From Candidatus Sumerlaeia bacterium (GTDB lineage: Bacteria; Sumerlaeota; Sumerlaeia; SLMS01; JANRJK01): a stretch of DNA of 64,000 nt. The notes beneath the pieces are model-generated. The model saw nothing but the letters and a program-made list of their open reading frames with translations, had not been told where the DNA came from and searched no databases. Position numbers and translations under genes: made by a program. This document shows positions 59,992-64,000 of this stretch, piece by piece (within the stretch, counting starts at the first letter, position 1; each line of letters starts with the position of its first letter). The stretch covers positions 41,940 to 105,939 of the forward strand of contig JANRJK010000019.1 in assembly GCA_033764015.1 (NCBI GenBank). The letters run 5' to 3'.

Positions 59992-60282
59992 CGGTTCCAG
60001 CCGTCCTTGTCGGGCGCCGCGGTTCGCCACGCGCCTCCGGGGAGTCCCACGCACCGCTTCGTAATCCGCGCGGAGTCTCCCCGCCGCGCCCCCGCTTGCA
60101 AGGGGAATGGGGTCGGCGGTTGGGGCTGGAGTGGGGCGGAGTTGCGCGCCCACAATCAAGGGCGGACAAAGGTCCACGATCAGGCCGGCAGCAGGCTCCC
60201 GGAGCAGGCGACGGCGCTCGATGATCGGGCGCGCCCGGACTGCGGACCTCTGGTCGAGCATGAAGAACAAAAAGCGAAAAAG

Positions 60283-60311
60283 TTGAAATTCCCTTGCCGC
60301 CAAGCCACTCT
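60283..60311 (+). promoter_or_regulatory. Candidate promoter driving an RNA antisense to the DUF3800 gene end
   Basis: A-rich UP-like tract (AACAAAAAGCGAAAAAG), then TTGAAA-17 nt-CACTCT. The C-initial -10 resembles CATGCT at 6174. Confidence 0.45.
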
Positions 60312-60313
60312 TC

Positions 60314-60407
60314 CGGAGATGCTCCGCTAGGGTAAGCGCAGGAGAGGTAGAGGTCGTCCTCACGGACGGCAGCCCGTCAGGGTGGGATCCTCGGTTCCTG
60401 GGACCCT
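60314..60407 (+). ncRNA. Putative DUF3800-associated structured RNA (multi-stem junction)
   Basis: Nested stems AGGGU/ACCCU, CAGGAG/UUCCUG and GAGG/CCUC enclose hairpins UCGUCC-UCAC-GGACGG and GCCC-GUCA-GGGU. Three G-U pairs favour the + strand. Adjacent to a DUF3800 gene. Confidence 0.6.
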
Positions 60408-61207
60408 TTGAACTGTAAGTCCCCGAGGCTTTCGGCTTCGGGGACTTCTCTTTTGATTTCGTCGAGCGTCCCCGGCCAGAACTTTAGCCCGTAGCCAATC
60501 AGGGTGCTCTTGTGGCGAAATAGGGTGCGTCGCAAGTGTGGCGCGTAGGCGGGTTCCACCTCGCCGTAGCGGTTCCGCTTCACGGCGAAGTGGAGCGCGG
60601 AGGCGACTGCATCGGCCGCCTGCAGTCCAGCCAGCTTCGAGTGCTCGACGGATCGGATGCGCTCGGGAGCGATGACAGTCGCGTCGAGCTGAACCTCCGA
60701 CGCCGCCTTCGAGCGCTCCAGAAGCAGCGCCACATACTCCCTCAGGTCATCGTAGGACATGGCACTCCGATTGGAGAAGATGACCTCGGCGAATCCGTCG
60801 CCTTCCCCCTCACGGCGGTGATCGCGGCAAAGCCAAGAGACTCGTTCGAGCAGCAGCCGGGAAGCATAGCGGTAGAGGAGGTGTTTCTCGGTCTGGAACT
60901 TCTCCGGCTCGCGGACCAGTGGCTTGTAGATCAGAACGGTAACCGTCCGGATAGGCAGTCCACCCACGCGCCGCACGTACGGGATGCGTTGCTCGTGCTT
61001 CAAATCGACGAAGTGGAGCGGATAGAGGGGCGGCTTGCCCAGTATGCTCCGCACTGCCTTGAGGCAGTCCACGACTTGGAGGTCGTTCACCTTGCGGATG
61101 ACGACCGCGGAAAGGACCAGCCACCGCGAGCTGCCCGATCCATCAGGCTTGAACAGGAAGCCCTCGTCGCCGGACTCATCGACGTAGGCAACGAAGCTCG
61201 GCTTCAC
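60377..61207 (-). CDS. DUF3800 domain protein (RNase H-like acidic motifs)
   Basis: N-terminal AYVDESGD, PLHFVDL and C-terminal GLQAADAVA (QxxD). GAGGAAG RBS and GTG start. Confidence 0.88.
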   Translation of the reverse strand: MKPSFVAYVDESGDEGFLFKPDGSGSSRWLVLSAVVIRKVNDLQVVDCLKAVRSILGKPPLYPLHFVDLKHEQRIPYVRRVGGLPIRTVTVLIYKPLVREPEKFQTEKHLLYRYASRLLLERVSWLCRDHRREGEGDGFAEVIFSNRSAMSYDDLREYVALLLERSKAASEVQLDATVIAPERIRSVEHSKLAGLQAADAVASALHFAVKRNRYGEVEPAYAPHLRRTLFRHKSTLIGYGLKFWPGTLDEIKREVPEAESLGDLQFKGSQEPRIPP

Positions 61208-61443
61208 TTGAAGGCTTCCTCACGCAACGTTGTCCAAGCCGGGGATCGAAATCCACCCGAGCTCATTGAGGCAAGGGGGAGACGCGGGGGTGATCCGGGA
61301 CAGCAACGCCGCGCTCCATGGAGCGCGGTAGGGGAGCGCTCGAATCAGCGGCTCGGGAGGGCCGCGCCCGCCCGCATCCCCCTTGCGCTTCCCATGCGCC
61401 TTCCCCAATTCTTCGCCCTCGATTCCGCGAGGATTCCGCTGCT

Positions 61444-63756
61444 GTGACCGCTCCTGTTTCCGATCCCACCGCGCCGCGGGCGCTCGAGGCGCTGGTGCGC
61501 GAGCTGACCGCGCACCCGGGTCTGCGGGAGTGCATCGCGCATGTGCGCACGCAGCCGCCGCGTCCGGCGGCGACGGCGCCGTGGCCCGCGGCGCTCGCGC
61601 CGGAGGTCGCCGACGCCTACCGCGCGCGCGGCGTCGCCGAGCCCTACACGCACCAGGCCGCCGCCATCGCCCACGCGCTCGCCGGCCGGCACACCGTCGT
61701 CACCACGCCGACCGCGAGCGGCAAGACGCTCTGCTACAACGCGCCCGTGCTGGACCGCCTGGTGCGCGAGCCCGAGGCGCGCGCGCTCTACCTCTTCCCC
61801 ACCAAGGCTCTGTCGCACGACCAGTACCGCGAGGTGTACGACGCCTCCTCCGCCTGCGGGCGCGGCATCAAGGTGTTCACCTTCGACGGCGACACGCCGC
61901 CGGACACGCGGCGGGCGCTCCGCGAGGCGGGGCATCTTGTGATCACCAACCCCGACATGCTGCATTGCGGCATCCTGCCGCACCACACGCAGTGGACGCG
62001 GCTCTTCGAGAACCTGCGCTTCGTCGTGGTGGACGAGCTGCACCAGTACCGCGGCGTCTTCGGCAGCCACCTCGCCAACGTGCTGGCGCGGCTGCGGCGC
62101 CTGTGCGCGTTCTACGGCTCCGCGCCGGTGTTCCTCGCGTCCTCCGCCACCATTGTGAACCCGAAGGAGCTGTCGGAGGAGCTGACCGGCCTGCCCTTCG
62201 AGCTGGTCTCGGAGAGCGGCGCGCCGACCGGCGCGAAGACGTTCGTCTTCTACAACCCGCCGGTGGTGAACAAGGAGCTGAACGTGCGGCGCAGCGTGCG
62301 CCTCGAAGCGCGCAAGCTGGCGCTGCGCTTCATCGCCCGCGGCCACCAGACGATCGTCTTCGCGCGCTCGCGCCTCGATGTGGAGGTGATCACCACGTAC
62401 CTCAAGCGCGGCATGGAGCGCATGCACCGCGACCCCGCCGCGATCTGCGGCTATCGCGGGGGGTACCTGCCCAAGGAGCGCCGCGCCATCGAGGAGGGCG
62501 TCAAGTCGGGCCGCGTCCGCGGCGTCGTCAGCACCAACGCGCTCGAACTCGGCATCGACATCGGCGGGCTGGATGTCTCGATCCTCGCGGGCTGGCCGGG
62601 GAGCGTCGCCTCCGCGTGGCAGCAGGCGGGCCGCGCGGGGCGCAAGGCCACCGACGCGCTCGCGGTCTACATCGGCGGCAGCTCGCCGCTCGACCAGTAC
62701 CTCATGCAGCACCCGGACTTCTTCTTCGGGCGCTCGCCGGAGGCCGCGATCATCAATCCGGGCAACCTCGTGATCCTCGCCTCGCACACGAAGTGCGCCG
62801 CCTTCGAGCTGCCCTTCGAGGACGGCGAGCGCCTCGGCCCGTCGGACCCGGCGCCGGTGCTGCGCTACCTCGACGACGAGAAGGTGGTGCGCCACGCCGC
62901 CGGGCGCTGGTACTACGCCGCGGAATCCTACCCCGCCGAGGACGTCAGCCTGCGCGCCGGCGCGGGGGAGAACTTCATCGTGCTCGACACCGGCAACCGC
63001 AACCAGGTGATCGCGGAGGTGGACCACGACAGCGCGCCGTTCCTGATCCACGACGACGCCGTCTACATCCACAACGCCAAGACGTACCTGGTCGAAAAGC
63101 TCGACTGGCACCGGCGCACCGCCTACGTCCGCGCGAAGACCGTGGACTACTACACCGACGCCGAGTCGTCCTCGACCGTGCAGGTGCTCGATGTGGACCA
63201 GGAGACCGCCCCCGCGCCGGAGTCCGCCGGCGTGCTCGCCGCGCGGCGCTTCGGCCCCGTCAGCGTCACCACCGTGATCCGCAAGTTCAAGAAGGTGAAG
63301 TTCGAGACGCAGGAGTCGATCGGCTACGGCCCCGTGGACGTGCCGCAGCTCGAGATCCAGACGGAGGCATGCTGGTTCACGCTGCGGCGCGAGGCTGAGG
63401 CGCTGCTCAAGGCGCGGGGCTTCGACGTGGGCCCCGCGCTCGCCGGCGTCGCCCAGCTCCTGCGGCAAGCGGTGCCGCTGCATGTGCTCTGCGACGCGCG
63501 CGACATCTCCGTGGCCGCGATGGTGCGCGCCCCCTTCGACCAATTGCCGACGATCTACCTGTGGGACCGCTACCCGGGCGGCATCGGCCTCGCCCGGCGC
63601 CTCTTCGCCAGCCATCGCGCGGTGCTGGCGGGCGCGCGCGAAATGGTCGAAGGCTGCCCCTGCCCCCGCGGCTGCCCCTCCTGCGTCGGCGCCCAGCTCG
63701 ACGGCGAACTCACCGCCAAGCGCGCCGCGGCGTGGCTGCTGGAGAGGCTGGCATAG
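61444..63756 (+). CDS. DEAD/DEAH box helicase with DUF1998 zinc domain (MrfA/YprA/Hrq1-like)
   Basis: YTHQ, TPTASGKTLCY, FPTKAL, TNPDMLH, DELH, SAT, TNALELGIDIG, QQAGRAGR and CPCPRGCPSC. Confidence 0.93.
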   Translation: MTAPVSDPTAPRALEALVRELTAHPGLRECIAHVRTQPPRPAATAPWPAALAPEVADAYRARGVAEPYTHQAAAIAHALAGRHTVVTTPTASGKTLCYNAPVLDRLVREPEARALYLFPTKALSHDQYREVYDASSACGRGIKVFTFDGDTPPDTRRALREAGHLVITNPDMLHCGILPHHTQWTRLFENLRFVVVDELHQYRGVFGSHLANVLARLRRLCAFYGSAPVFLASSATIVNPKELSEELTGLPFELVSESGAPTGAKTFVFYNPPVVNKELNVRRSVRLEARKLALRFIARGHQTIVFARSRLDVEVITTYLKRGMERMHRDPAAICGYRGGYLPKERRAIEEGVKSGRVRGVVSTNALELGIDIGGLDVSILAGWPGSVASAWQQAGRAGRKATDALAVYIGGSSPLDQYLMQHPDFFFGRSPEAAIINPGNLVILASHTKCAAFELPFEDGERLGPSDPAPVLRYLDDEKVVRHAAGRWYYAAESYPAEDVSLRAGAGENFIVLDTGNRNQVIAEVDHDSAPFLIHDDAVYIHNAKTYLVEKLDWHRRTAYVRAKTVDYYTDAESSSTVQVLDVDQETAPAPESAGVLAARRFGPVSVTTVIRKFKKVKFETQESIGYGPVDVPQLEIQTEACWFTLRREAEALLKARGFDVGPALAGVAQLLRQAVPLHVLCDARDISVAAMVRAPFDQLPTIYLWDRYPGGIGLARRLFASHRAVLAGAREMVEGCPCPRGCPSCVGAQLDGELTAKRAAAWLLERLA

Positions 63757-63772
63757 CGCGCTACTGAAACCA

Positions 63773-63808
63773 AACCGCGCCGGGAGCCATCGGGCTCCCG
63801 GCGCGGTT
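63773..63808. terminator. Bidirectional terminator hairpin
   Basis: AACCGCGCCGGGAGCC-atcg-GGCTCCCGGCGCGGTT is a perfect 16-bp stem between convergent genes. Confidence 0.75.
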
Positions 63809-63834
63809 CTGTTTGCTGCGGAGGGTTCTGCCGC

Positions 63835-64000
63835 CTACTGCGCGATCTCGATGTCCAACCGCGCGCGGTTCGTGCCCGAAGCGTTGCCGGTATAGAACCG
63901 GAACGTGTCCTTCGTGGCGTTGTCCGATTCCGCGTTCTCGAAGCGGAGGCGGAACTGCGTCGGCCCGAGGCGGTTCAGCGCGGCGAGGGCTCCGGCGCTG
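63835..64000 (-). CDS. 3' end of a gene running in from beyond the window (probable extracellular protein C-terminal beta domain)
   Basis: Reads ...ALAALNRLGPTQFRLRFENAESDNATKDTFRFYTGNASGTNRARLDIEIAQ* with native codon usage. Confidence 0.6.
   Translation of the reverse strand, partial: SAGALAALNRLGPTQFRLRFENAESDNATKDTFRFYTGNASGTNRARLDIEIAQ

Noticed and set aside
58441..60150. Possible inverted repeats flanking the TPM pair (ACTCCAGC / GCTGGAGT)
   Set aside because: The matches are short and imperfect, with no transposase or target-site duplication.
61444..63756. DUF1998 helicase as part of a DISARM/Druantia-type defence system
   Set aside because: It is a single-chain MrfA/YprA-like protein with native codon usage and no drm or dru partner genes, so a DNA-repair role is more likely.

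Overview
This is a GC-rich bacterial chromosomal window. The prepilin, kinase-WD40 and BACON/dockerin-like gene content suggests Candidatus Sumerlaeota/BRC1 or a related lineage, which is an inference. Core genes are pth, rpsL-rpsG, tRNA-Trp-secE-nusG-rplK-rplA-rplJ-rplL (with L1 and L10 autoregulatory RNA sites), feoA-feoA-feoB-dtd, sdhCAB, an IHF/HU gene, a complete F1Fo atp operon, ruvA and an MrfA/YprA-type DUF1998 helicase. The most notable accessory items are: (1) a DUF3800 gene whose 3' end overlaps a compact multi-stem RNA that is apparently antisense and has its own candidate promoter; (2) a ~2,770-aa secreted enzyme that appears to carry both a GH119-like and a GH57-like catalytic domain, plus CBM, PKD and BACON modules with nested domain insertions; (3) an orphan TIGR02710-type CARF-HEPN gene with no CRISPR array or cas genes in the window; (4) a hicB-hicA-methyltransferase cassette inside the atp operon; (5) a Ser/Thr kinase-TM-WD40-CBM20-like fusion; (6) an AT-rich orphan AIPR gene; (7) a broken rplL/rpsL superoperon lacking rpoBC and fusA, with two secreted orphans at the breakpoint; and (8) matching Rex/CRP-like operators upstream of sdh and atp. 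No CRISPR array, rRNA, integrase or transposase was seen. All family calls come from motif recognition by eye, not database searches.
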